From positions 14,570,001 to 14,634,000 of the forward strand of contig OZ024749.1 of assembly GCA_964016885.1 (NCBI GenBank): a stretch of 64,000 nt of DNA, written 5' to 3'. The notes beneath the pieces are model-generated. The model searched no databases and was not told where the DNA came from. It saw nothing but the letters and a program-made list of their open reading frames with translations. The number at the start of each line of letters is the position of its first letter. Positions within the stretch are counted from its first letter, which is position 1. Below are positions 53,126 through 63,227 of the stretch, piece after piece. This DNA is from Eledone cirrhosa (Eukaryota). A program made the position numbers and the translations under genes.

Positions 53126-53258
53126 GTATTCTATATGAATATGTGTGAATATATATGTGTGTGTATATATATATATATATGTGTATTCTATTTGAATGTG
53201 TGTGTGCATATATATATATATATTCTACTTGAATGTATTGTTTTCTTTCCTCTAACAG

Positions 53259-53363
53259 GTGGTTATATGGAAGACTTAGACTCAAAGTGGATCTTAGTAG
53301 AAAGTCACAACTGTCCAGAGAGGGACTCATCACCTGCCACCCTGGGGCTTACCAACATGGCAG
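53259..53363 (+). CDS. GRIN1: NMDA receptor GluN1 exon: S2 end and pre-M4
   Basis: taacag|GT GGT...GCA G|gtagat, 105 nt, phase 1-1. (S)GYMEDLDSKWILVESHNCPERDSSPATLGLTNMAG. Confidence 0.97.
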
Positions 53364-53524
53364 GTAGATATAACAATGTTTTGATCATCTTAATTGTAAT
53401 TATGTGTGGGTGGATGTCTATATCTTGCTGTGTGTATGTGTGGTCAGCAATATGTTGTTGTGTGGATGGTTGCTGGAGGTGTTTACTTGTTTTTATTGTT
53501 GTTGTCTCTGTACAGGTGTATTTA

Positions 53525-55020
53525 ATAATAGTAATGAAATTATTGTGTACAGTGCTCAGGTGCGCAACAACTCATCAAAGGTGCATGTATAGAACATAGA
53601 ATAATGTTCAAATGTCAGGAAAATGAACAGTGTATGAGTCATGAAATACATGTGTGCGTGTGTATGGAGGGGAATATCAGGTGTAGTGTTGGCGAATCTC
53701 TGGAAACATGGAGGTTTTAAAGGATGCAGTGTCTCGGCAGCTAACAACTGATGCAGGTAGTTTTGTTCCATGCTGCAGCAAGTCTCAGCGTGAAAAAATG
53801 TTTCCGAAAGTCATGGGAGCTGTGCTGTTTTTTTACTTTGTAGGCATGCCCACGTGGAAATCAAAAATGTACCCAGGGTTGTTGTTAAGATGTTTAATAA
53901 TTTGGTGGGTGTTTACCAAGTCAGACATTGGAGCTTCAATGCCCAGGGAAGCAAGGCGTTCTGAGTATGGTAGATGCCTGATGGAGGGTATTCACTTGGT
54001 TGCATGTTTCTGAACAGTTTCTAAGAGGTCAGTGTTCTGAGCCAGACTGGTGATACAAATTCTAAGTGTGGCCGCACCATAGCTATATACAGTTTTAAAT
54101 AGATAGCTGGAGAGCGGCTGACAAAGGTGTTGCTGAGTGATGCTAAGACACCCTCTCCCTTCTTGACAATTTTAGAAACGTGCTTCATCCAACGCAAATC
54201 GCTGCTGACAGTAATGCCCAGGTCACGTTCACAAGAAGACTTCTTGATATTAGAGTTGTGGAGGGAGTATGTGGAATCTGGGTTTTTACTCCCAAAATGC
54301 ATGGTGGTACACTTGTCCACAGCCAACTTGAGTTGCCAGTTCATGATCCATTGTTGCATGGTGTCCCGGTCTGATTGCAGGAAAGATCTATAGTGTTCAG
54401 GATCTGTCCTTTTTATCTCAAGGTACAGCTTGATGTCATCTGCATATTTCAGTACTGTGACATTCTTTAAGTTGGCATCTATGTCATTAATATATGCCAC
54501 AAACAAAAGTGGTACACCAGATGACATCTCATACAGTGAGAAATGCTGTCCCAGAACCATGACTACCTCTCTTCGACTGAGAATGAAGGACTTCAACCAG
54601 TTAAAAAGATCATCCTTCACACCCATTGCAGAGGGTTTTGCCATAAGTCTTTTGTGTGGCACAGAATTGAAAGCTTTAGCAAAGTCAAGGTAGACAACAT
54701 CGACCCATGAGCCGCCATCAGTGATGCGAGTGATGTCTTCAAGAAACTCGATAAGTTGATCACAGCAGCTGGAGTTGGGGATAAATCCAAATTGCGAGGG
54801 CCAGATAAGACTGTGAGAGTTCCAGAAGTTCCAAAGTGTTTCTCTGACACAGGATTCCATCAGTTTGGCAATGCAGCTAGTAAGACTGACTGGACGATAG
54901 TTGACAGGTGATGTGTGGTCACCCTTTTTGAACAGAGGAATGACATTGGCAGTTTTCCACTGCTCCGTTTTCCAACAGTAGCACCATTGTTCAGACAGAA
55001 TTAAAAGAAGAGTGATAGCC
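53525..55020 (-). mobile_element. 5'-truncated, degenerate CR1-clade LINE (RT)
   Basis: ORF 54021-54860: QFGF, VDVVYLDFAKAFNSVPH, YADDIKLY, ERDLG, VRPHLEF. The QGSVLGP motif is deleted (SGVP|LLF), and stops/frameshifts are present. Confidence 0.9.
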
Positions 55021-55670
55021 GGAGATATTTACCTGTTTTTATTGTTGTTGTTGTTTTTGACTCTATATAGGTGTAGGTATGATGGTTACTGGAGATATTT
55101 ACCTGTTGTTGTCTCTGTACAGGTGTATTTATGATGGTTGCTGGAGGTATTTACCTGTTGTTGTCTCTGTACAGGTGTATTTATGATGGTTGCTGGAGGT
55201 ATTTACCTGTTGTTGTCTCTGTATAGGTGTAGTTATGATGGTTACTGGAGATATTTACCTGTTGTTGTCTCTGTACAGGTGTAGTTATGATGGTTACTGG
55301 AGGTATTTACCTGTTGTTGTCTCTGTACAGGTGTATTTATGATGGTTGCTGGAGGTATTTACCTGTTGTTGTCTCTGTACAGGTGTATTTATGATGGTTG
55401 CTGGAGGTATTTACCTGTTGTTGTCTCTGTACAGGTGTAGTTATGATGGTTACTGGAGATATTTACCTGTTGTTGTCTCTGTACAGGTGTAGTTATGATG
55501 GTTACTGGAGGTATTTACCTGTTGTTGTCTCTGTACAGGTGTATTTATGATGGTTGCTGGAGGTATTTACCTGTTGTTGTCTCTGTACAGGTGTATTTAT
55601 GATGGTTGCTGGAGGTATTTACCTGTTGTTGTCTCTGTACAGGTGTATTTATGATGGTTGCTGGAGGTAT
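55021..55670 (+). repeat. 52-bp minisatellite (11 regular copies plus 1 degenerate) made of the M4-exon acceptor and the first 28 exon nt
   Basis: Unit acctgttgttgtctctgtacagGTGTATTTATGATGGTTGCTGGAGgtattt at 55101, 55153 ... 55621; the last copy continues into the real exon. Confidence 0.97.
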
Positions 55671-55788
55671 AGTAGCTGGAGTACTACTGATCTTTGTGGA
55701 AATATTATACAAACGGCATCGGGGCATGAAGGAGAAAGAGCTGGAGTTAGCACGCAATGCTGCAGATCGGTGGCGTGGGAATATTGAG
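55643..55788 (+). CDS. GRIN1: NMDA receptor GluN1 exon: M4 and C0 region
   Basis: gtacag|GT GTA...GAG|gtcagt, 146 nt, phase 1-0. (G)VFMMVAGGIVAGVLLIFVEILYKRHRGMKEKELELARNAADRWRGNIE. Confidence 0.96.
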
Positions 55789-56033
55789 GTCAGTTCTCTC
55801 TCTCTCTCTCACTCTTTCTCTCACTCTTTCTCTCACTCTCTCTCTCTCTATACATATATATATATGTGTATATATATATGTATATGTACATATATATACA
55901 TACATATATATTTATATATTTATATGTATATATATATATATAGTAGAAGTTGTATTTAATTTGTTGGAAGTCCGACGAACATAAATGTTTATACCTGATT
56001 TAGAGCACTCAACAGATTTCTGGAGTAAATATT

Positions 56034-56384
56034 CAATGATATTAAATAAATGGAAACTATATTTATAAAACCATATTTATTCTATTATATATATTTCAAG
56101 GACAACCAAGACACACTGGTACGCTTTCATCAGATAAAATACAAAGTTTGTTTTATAAATAGAGACATACCCATGAAAATCATACCTTATCGGTTGAAGA
56201 TTCACTGGATAGTATCAGTGAATCTTCAACCGATAAGGTATGATTTTCATGGGTATGTCTCTATTTATAAAACAAACTTTGTATTTTATCTGATGAAAGC
56301 GTACCAATGTGTCTTGGTTGTCCTTGAAATATATATAATAGAATAAATATGGTTTTATAAATATAGTTTCCATTTATTTAATAT

Positions 56385-56389
<5 letters not shown>
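56034..56389. repeat. Near-perfect 174-bp-arm inverted repeat (inverted pLTR duplication)
   Basis: Arms 56034-56207 and 56216-56389, one mismatch seen, 8-nt loop. Confidence 0.95.
56282..56345 (+). ncRNA. Minimal type I hammerhead ribozyme motif (mirror copy on - strand at ~56078-56141)
   Basis: Stem I tattttat/atagaata; CTGATGA 56290-96; stem II aag..accaa/ttggt..ctt; GAAA 56326-29; palindromic tatata stem III; UA cleavage site 56336-37. Confidence 0.8.
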
Positions 56390-56438
<49 letters not shown>

Positions 56439-56684
56439 CCCGTCCCACCCTTGCAAGCAGAGAAAAGCGGACGTAAAAATGATCATCATCATCATCATCA
56501 TCATCATTTCATTTTACGTCCGCTTTTTCCCTGCTTGATATAACCAAATGAAAAAGATATATATATATAGAGAGAGAGAGAGAAAGAGCCATATATCATA
56601 TAAGAAACACAGTATATTGTATATATACCAAATAGAAGAATATGTACACAGGTGGAATCATATTTCCCTTAGAATGGTGAGACT

Positions 56685-56839
56685 AAACCTCTGAAGAATA
56701 TCTGAGTCTCATGTGGTTTAATCATAATCGATAGTTTGTCTTCGATAATCGATTATATTGATTGATTTTTTTCGATGATCGATTACATAGATATATTTTG
56801 AGCTACACTCTCCAGGTATGAAATAGCACTATAAGGTTT
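56685..56839 (+). ncRNA. Hammerhead ribozyme motif with ~105-nt loop II, inside a foldback (arms ~56541-56663 / 56844-56946)
   Basis: aaacct-CTGAAGA(56691)-atatctg...caggtat-GAAA(56820)-tag ca cta-TA-aggttt. Confidence 0.75.
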
Positions 56840-57030
56840 CTCTTATGATTCCACCTGTGTACATATTCTTCTATAGAATATGTATTTGATATATATACAA
56901 TATACTGTGTTTCTTATACAATATATGGCTCTTTTGCATTTGGTTTTTATGGCTCTAGATAAAGTCTATTGAGCTTGCTTATAAAAACACAAAATTCTTA
57001 ACATATTTGATATGTTTTGAATCATTATTA

Positions 57031-57063
<33 letters not shown>

Positions 57064-57078
57064 GTTTAATAAAGCAAG

Positions 57079-57257
57079 GGCTTCTACAGGACTAGAACTG
57101 TTTCATTCAAAAGAAATCATAGGGTTTTGTTTTCCTGATTATTTCTTTTGAATGAAACAGTTCTAGTCCTGTAGAAGCCATTTCTATATCAAACATGATA
57201 TTTATTATGTATTGAGTACCTTACTTACTGTGGTTGCACCCGATTGAACCCGGGATT
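57079..57257. mobile_element. Second copy of the pLTR-like hammerhead palindrome family seen at 50638
   Basis: Inverted arms 57079-57120 / ~57138-57179. Core mutated (CTGATTA); GAAAC..GTC retained. Confidence 0.7.
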
Positions 57258-57497
57258 CACACACACACATACGCATATATATATACATACATATATATAT
57301 AATCAGAAATATAGATAAGGTCTAAGTGTACCATATCTCGTAATATTGATTGTTTTCATTGATTATGATAATTAATATTGTTGTTGTGTTGTGAAACTGC
57401 AGTAAGGGAAATTAATGTCTGTAATTATCTTTATTTTAAACTTATTTTGCTCACATCTCCCTTGTTTTGGAATTCAAAGCATAAATCTATTAAATTG

Positions 57498-57543
<46 letters not shown>

Positions 57544-57690
57544 CAAATATAAATTTAACATATATATATATATATATATATATAAATATAAATATAAATG
57601 AAGTATGTCCGTCGGAAAGGTACAGGAAAAAAGAGTGCTCTATGTAGGCTACAGAGCTTATTAGTTATGTAATAAACAACATAAGATAAT

Positions 57691-57759
57691 TATTTTATTT
57701 ACCAGTGGTTTCTTGAAGGCAGATATTTATATCTGTCTTCAGTCGTCAGAATGAATAAA
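57691..57759 (-). ncRNA. Hammerhead ribozyme motif (antisense to the gene)
   Basis: Minus strand: att-CTGACGA-c tgaag a cagatat aa atatctg c cttca a-GAAA-cca c tgg-TA-aat. Confidence 0.7.
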
Positions 57760-57956
57760 TAACATGGTGTTTTTATTAAATATGGATTTGAAAACAAAAT
57801 TTAGGAAATATGAAAGTGAGGCTGAAAAAACGGGCAAAAAGGGTTAAGGGGAAAAAATATATAAATAAATATCCTATATATAAATAAATATCTTATATAT
57901 ATAGTATATAGGAGGAATTTGTAGTTTACTTGAAGCATTGCATATGGTATATAGAA

Positions 57957-58179
57957 TTTGAAGTTTGAAAGCCTCGGCAATACAAAATGGACAAATAAAA
58001 GAAATGAAACAAAACTTGGTGTCGTGTTTTACCTTAATTTATTCATGTCTTGATAGAAGAGATTTTGACCTCTAAGTATCAGAACATATAAATAAATTAA
58101 GGTAAAACATACAATACCTTGTTTCATCTCATTTCTTTATTTGTCCATTTCACATTGTCGTGGCTTTCAAACTTCAAAT
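57957..58179. repeat. Diverged ~100-bp-arm foldback
   Basis: tttgaagtttgaaagcc/ggctttcaaacttcaaa, atggacaaataaa/tttatttgtccat, ttttaccttaatttatt/aataaattaaggtaaaa. Confidence 0.85.
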
Positions 58180-58859
58180 ATAATATATGTATACATATAT
58201 ATATATATATGTATATATTCAGAGTGGCACAAAAGTCATGCATTACCCTTATCACAAGAAAAATCGTTTCTATAAAAGAGATAATAATAGTTTCAATTCA
58301 ACATATTCTCTTCATAAAATTGCATAACATGTGTTTCACAAGAGGCCAGCTTAGAGCCTTACTCGGTTACATAACATCAGCTCAACTCTAGGACCAAATT
58401 GCTCATCAGGTGCATTGGAGATTAGAATCGGCTTACGTTCATCTGTGTAAGGCATCAAACTTTCCTAAATACAGAGTCAAGTTGATAGTAATCAATTAAG
58501 GCTCATATTTTATTCATAATTATACATGTTATGTATAATTATGAATAAAATATGTTAACCAAAAACTTCAACCTCTCTGTCTTAATATAATGACTCTGCA
58601 TATTATGCCAATAACAAACAGATGTCAATGTTAATCTACATTTTTAACAGAGAATATCCAGTTCATGCAAAAGCACTGAATGCTGAAACAGGTACCGCCT
58701 GTTGTAAATAGTATTACTCACTAACTGGCACTATATATATATGAGGGTCCACTGAAAGGTTCATAGGCTGACCAAAATACCCTCATGGAATGACCAAATT
58801 TGCTGGAGCACTACCTTTAAAAGTTTAGTTGATCATATCAACCCTCATACAAATATATC

Positions 58860-59068
58860 AGCGTGCCCAGGGCCGACTGGGGGGCCCCGCAGTGCGGCGG
58901 TTGGACGTCGCGTTCCTCGATCTAGTGAAGGTGTTCGATACCGTCCTCCACCCGCTAGTTTTTGCTGGAATGGAGAGAATGGGATTTTACGACCACCTTG
59001 TGGGGATCTTGACCGATCTATACTCCGGAGCTGCCACCAGATTCAGGACATATATTGCAGAGTCGGGC
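58860..59068 (+). mobile_element. Short GC-rich non-LTR reverse transcriptase fragment
   Basis: [20 protein letters not shown]...G...LVGILTDLY resembles the RT FLDxxKAFDxV motif region. Confidence 0.65.
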
Positions 59069-59079
59069 ATATATATATA

Positions 59080-59152
<73 letters not shown>

Positions 59153-59165
59153 CTATACTTTTCAT

Positions 59166-59265
<100 letters not shown>

Positions 59266-60269
59266 ATGCCTGCAATACAATGATACCTAAAGGTTGGGTC
59301 CCTTCCATCTACACCCCCCCCCCCCCCCCGCTCCCTGCATGCACAATGGTGACTGATGTGGTGGTGATGATAGTGGTGGTTGTGACGCTATTGATAATGG
59401 TGGTGGTGGTGATTGTGACAATGATTATCATGATCATCATCATCATCAGATGCTAGCATTTATCACCATCACCACCACCACCACCACCATCAGATGCCAG
59501 TACTTCTTACTAATTATTGCATTTCCATTCAGTTTTAAAACAAGGCCACGCCACCCTTACCAAACACCACCAACACCACCCCATCCCTACCAAACACCAC
59601 CAACACAACACCACCACCACCACCCATCCACGCACCACCAACACCACCCTAACCTTACCAAACACCAACAACACCACCACCCATTCACCACCCACCTACC
59701 CACCACCACCAACCATCCACTCACCACCACCACAACCCTACAACCCCCCCCCCCCAAACATAACCCCCCCCCCCCCCACATCAACCCCCCACCCACCACC
59801 ACCACCACAACCCTACCAAACACCCCCACCCCCACCACAACCCTACCAAACACCACCACCACCACCACCACAACCCTACCAAACACCACCAATGCCACCA
59901 CCACAACCCTACCAAACACCACCAACACCACCACCACAACCCCCCTACCAAACACCACCAACACCACCACCACAACCCTACCAAACACCCCCACCACCAC
60001 CACAACCCTACCAAACACCACCAATGCCACTAACCATTCGCCACCCATTTACCCACAATTCCCCACGATATCATATTTAGGGATTAGTTTGAAGGAAGTA
60101 GGTTCTAACAGGAAGTATTTTATATCCTCTGGGGTGTACTGCTGGTGGTGGGAGTTTCTGTTATTGCTAGGTGTTCCAGATGTATGAAACTACTCCAACA
60201 GATGACAGTTGATGGCCAGATGTGACAGTTCCTTCTGGAAACTGTCTTCACAGATAAAGTAATGGTGGT

Positions 60270-62250
60270 AAGAGTTGTTAGTGGTATGGTGGTGTGGTGG
60301 TAGTGGTGGTGATATGGTAGTGGTGTTCTTGTGGTGGTGGTGGTGTGGTGGTGTTGTTGTTGTTGTTGTGGTGGTATGGTAGTGGTGTTCTTGTGGTGGT
60401 GGTGGTGTTGTTGTTGTGGTGGTATGGTAGTGGTGTTCTTGTGGTGGTGGTGTTGTAGTGGTGGTGGTATGGTAGTGGTGTTCTTGTGGTGATGGTGGTG
60501 TGCTAGTGGTGGGGGTATGGTAGTGGCGTTCTTGTGGTGGTGGTGTTGTGGTGGTACGGTAGTGGTGTTCTGGTGGTGGTGGTGGTGGTGGTGGTGGTGG
60601 TGGTGGTGGTGGTATGGTAGTGGTGGTATGATAGTGGTGTTCTTGTGGTGGTGGTGGTATGTTAATGGTGTTCTTGTGGTGGTGGTGGTATGGTAGTGGT
60701 GTTCTTGTGGTGGTGGTGGTATGGTAGTGGTGTTCTTGTGGTGATGGTGGTGTGCTAGTGGTGGGGGTATGGTAGTGGCGTTCTTGTGGTGGTGGTGTTG
60801 TAGTGGTGGTGGTATGGTAGTGGTGTTCTTGTGGTGATGGTGGTGTGCTAGTGGTGGGGGTATGGTAGTGGCGTTCGTGTGGTGGTGGTACGGTAGTGGT
60901 GTTCTGGTGGTGGTGGTGTTGTTGTAGTGGTGGTGGTATGGTAGTGGTGGTATGGTAGTGGTGTTCTTGTGGTGGTATGATAGTGGTGTTCTTGTGGTGG
61001 TGGTGGTATGTTAATGGTGTTCTTGTGGTGGTGGTGGTATGGTAGTGGTGTTCTTGTGGTGGTGGTGGTATGGTAGTGGTGTTCTTGTGGTGATGGTGGT
61101 GTGCTAGTGGTGGGGGTATGGTAGTGGCGTTCTTGTGGTGGTGGTATGGTAGTGGTGTTCTTGTGGTGATGGTGGTGTGCTAGTGGTGGGGGTATGGTAG
61201 TGGCGTTCTTGTGGTGGTGGTACGGTAGTGGTGTTCTGGTGGTGGTGGTGGTGTTGTAGTGGTGGTGGTATGGTAGTGGTGGTATGGTAGTGGTGTTCTT
61301 GTGGTGGTGGTGGTATGTTAATGGTGTTCTTGTGGTGGTGGTGGTATGTTAATGGTGTTCTTGTGGTGGTGGTGGTATGTTAATGGTGTTCTTGTGGTGG
61401 TGGTGGTATGTTAATGGTGTTCTTGTGGTGGTGGTGGTATGGTAGTGGTGTTGTTGTGGTGGTGGTGGTATGTTAATGGTGTTCTTGTGGTGGTGGTGGT
61501 ATGTTAATGGTGTTCTTGTGGTGGTGGTGGTATGGTAGTGGTGTTCTTGTGGTGGTGGTGGTATGTTAATGGTGTTCTTGTGGTGGTGGTGGTATGGTAG
61601 TGGTGTTCTGGTGGTGGTATGGTAGTGGTGTTGTTGTGGTGGTGGTGGTATGTTAATGGTGTTCTTGTGGTGGTGGTGGTCTGGTAGTGGTGTTGTTGTG
61701 GTGGTGGTGGTATGTTAATGGTGTTCTTGTGGTGGTGGTGGTATGGTAGTGGTGTTGTTGTGGTGGTGGTGGTATGTTAATGGTGTTCTTGTGGTGGTGG
61801 TGGTATGTTAATGGTGTTCTTGTGGTGGTGGTGGTATGTTAATGGTGTTCTTGTGGTGGTGGTGGTATGGTAGTGGTGTTGTTGTGGTGGTGGTATGTTA
61901 ATGGTGTTCTTGTGGTGGTGGTGGTATGGTAGTGGTGTTGTTGTGGTGGTGGTGGTATGTTAATGGTGTTCTTGTGGTGGTGGTGGTATGGTAGTGGTGT
62001 TCTTGTGGTGGTGGTGGTATGTTAATGGTGTTCTTGTGGTGGTGGTGGTATGTTAATGGTGTTCTTGTGGTGGTGGTGGTGGTATGTTAATGGTGTTCTT
62101 GTGGTGGTGGTGGTATGGTAGTGGTGTTCTTGTGGTGGTGGTGGTATGTTAATGGTGTTCTTGTGGTGGTGGTGGTGGTCTGGTAGTGGTGTTGTTGTGC
62201 TGGTGGTGGTATGGTATTGTTGTTATTATTGTAGTTGTGGTGGTATGGTA
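60270..62250. repeat. (GGT)-based ~28-31 bp minisatellite
   Basis: ggtggtggtatggtagtggtgttcttgt / ggtatgttaatggtgttcttgt units. Confidence 0.95.
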
Positions 62251-62659
62251 CTGAGGTGTTGGTGATGGTGGTGGCATGGTGTTGTAGTGGTCATGTGGTG
62301 GTGTTGTACTGATAGGGGGTGATGGTGACAGTGGTCTGATAGTATTATGATGATGGTGGTCCTATTCTTGGGTTGTGGTTAGTGGTGATGGTCATGGTGG
62401 TGGAAGTTATACAGTAGGGGGGGGGTGCTAATAGGATTGGGTGATGTGTCTTGCTTTACTCCCCACCGCCACCACCATTCACTCCACCCAATACTCTTAC
62501 ACAGCTTAACTCTTCAATCTGGGGGAAAAGGAGAGGAAGTTGGGGGAGGAGATGTCTAGGGTGGGTGGGGTGTATTCTCAAGGTCAAACGTGTTAAAAGG
62601 TCACCTATTGAATACCTGTCTGTCTGTTTTAACACACACACACACACACACACGTATAT

Positions 62660-62695
<36 letters not shown>

Positions 62696-62894
62696 GAAGT
62701 TATAATAATCTAGGTATGTGTGTATGTGTGAGTGTGTGGCTCTGTGAGAGAGTGAGTGTGTGGCTGTGTGTTGGGGGAGTGTGTGTGTGAATGTGTGGGG
62801 GGAGTGTGTGTGTGTGAATGTGTGGGGGGAGTGTGTGGCTGTGTTGTGGGGTGGGGGGGGGGGGGGGGGGGGGGCTCTGTGACAGTGTGTATTG

Positions 62895-63100
62895 ACAGTA
62901 ATCGGTAGAGCATCAGACAACATGGTCTGTGGCATAGAGGTACAACTCCTTTTGTTCTGAATTCCAATCCCACTGAGGTTAGTTTCATCAATTTAGCGTT
63001 GATAAAACCAAGTACCAGTAATGCACTGGGGTAAATTTAATTGACTTTCCTCTTCGCTTCAAATTGCTGTCCTTGAGCCAAAAGTAAAGACAATTATCAT
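62895..63100 (+). mobile_element. tRNA-derived SINE, family A (diverged)
   Basis: cagtaatcggtagag...aatcccactgaggttagttt...gtaccagtaatgcactgggg. Confidence 0.7.
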
Positions 63101-63227
63101 CATTAGTCTTAATTTTATTGCATCTTGTCACTGTTTTACGGACCACAGCTCTGTGGGCCTCAGGCATTTGCAGAAGGGTTTTTATGATATGTGTACAGTG
63201 CCTGGTAGTGTTGTTGTCTGTATGGTG

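Noticed and set aside
58650-58692. Possible next GRIN1 exon (tttttaacag|AGAATATCC... RISSSCKSTEC*)
   Set aside because: No similarity to the expected post-C0 sequence; chance acceptor-like sites are common here.
58215-58830. Tc1/mariner-like terminal fragments (cagagtggcacaaaagt; atgagggtccactgaaaggttc)
   Set aside because: No matching partner TIR or transposase was found, so the evidence is too weak to call.
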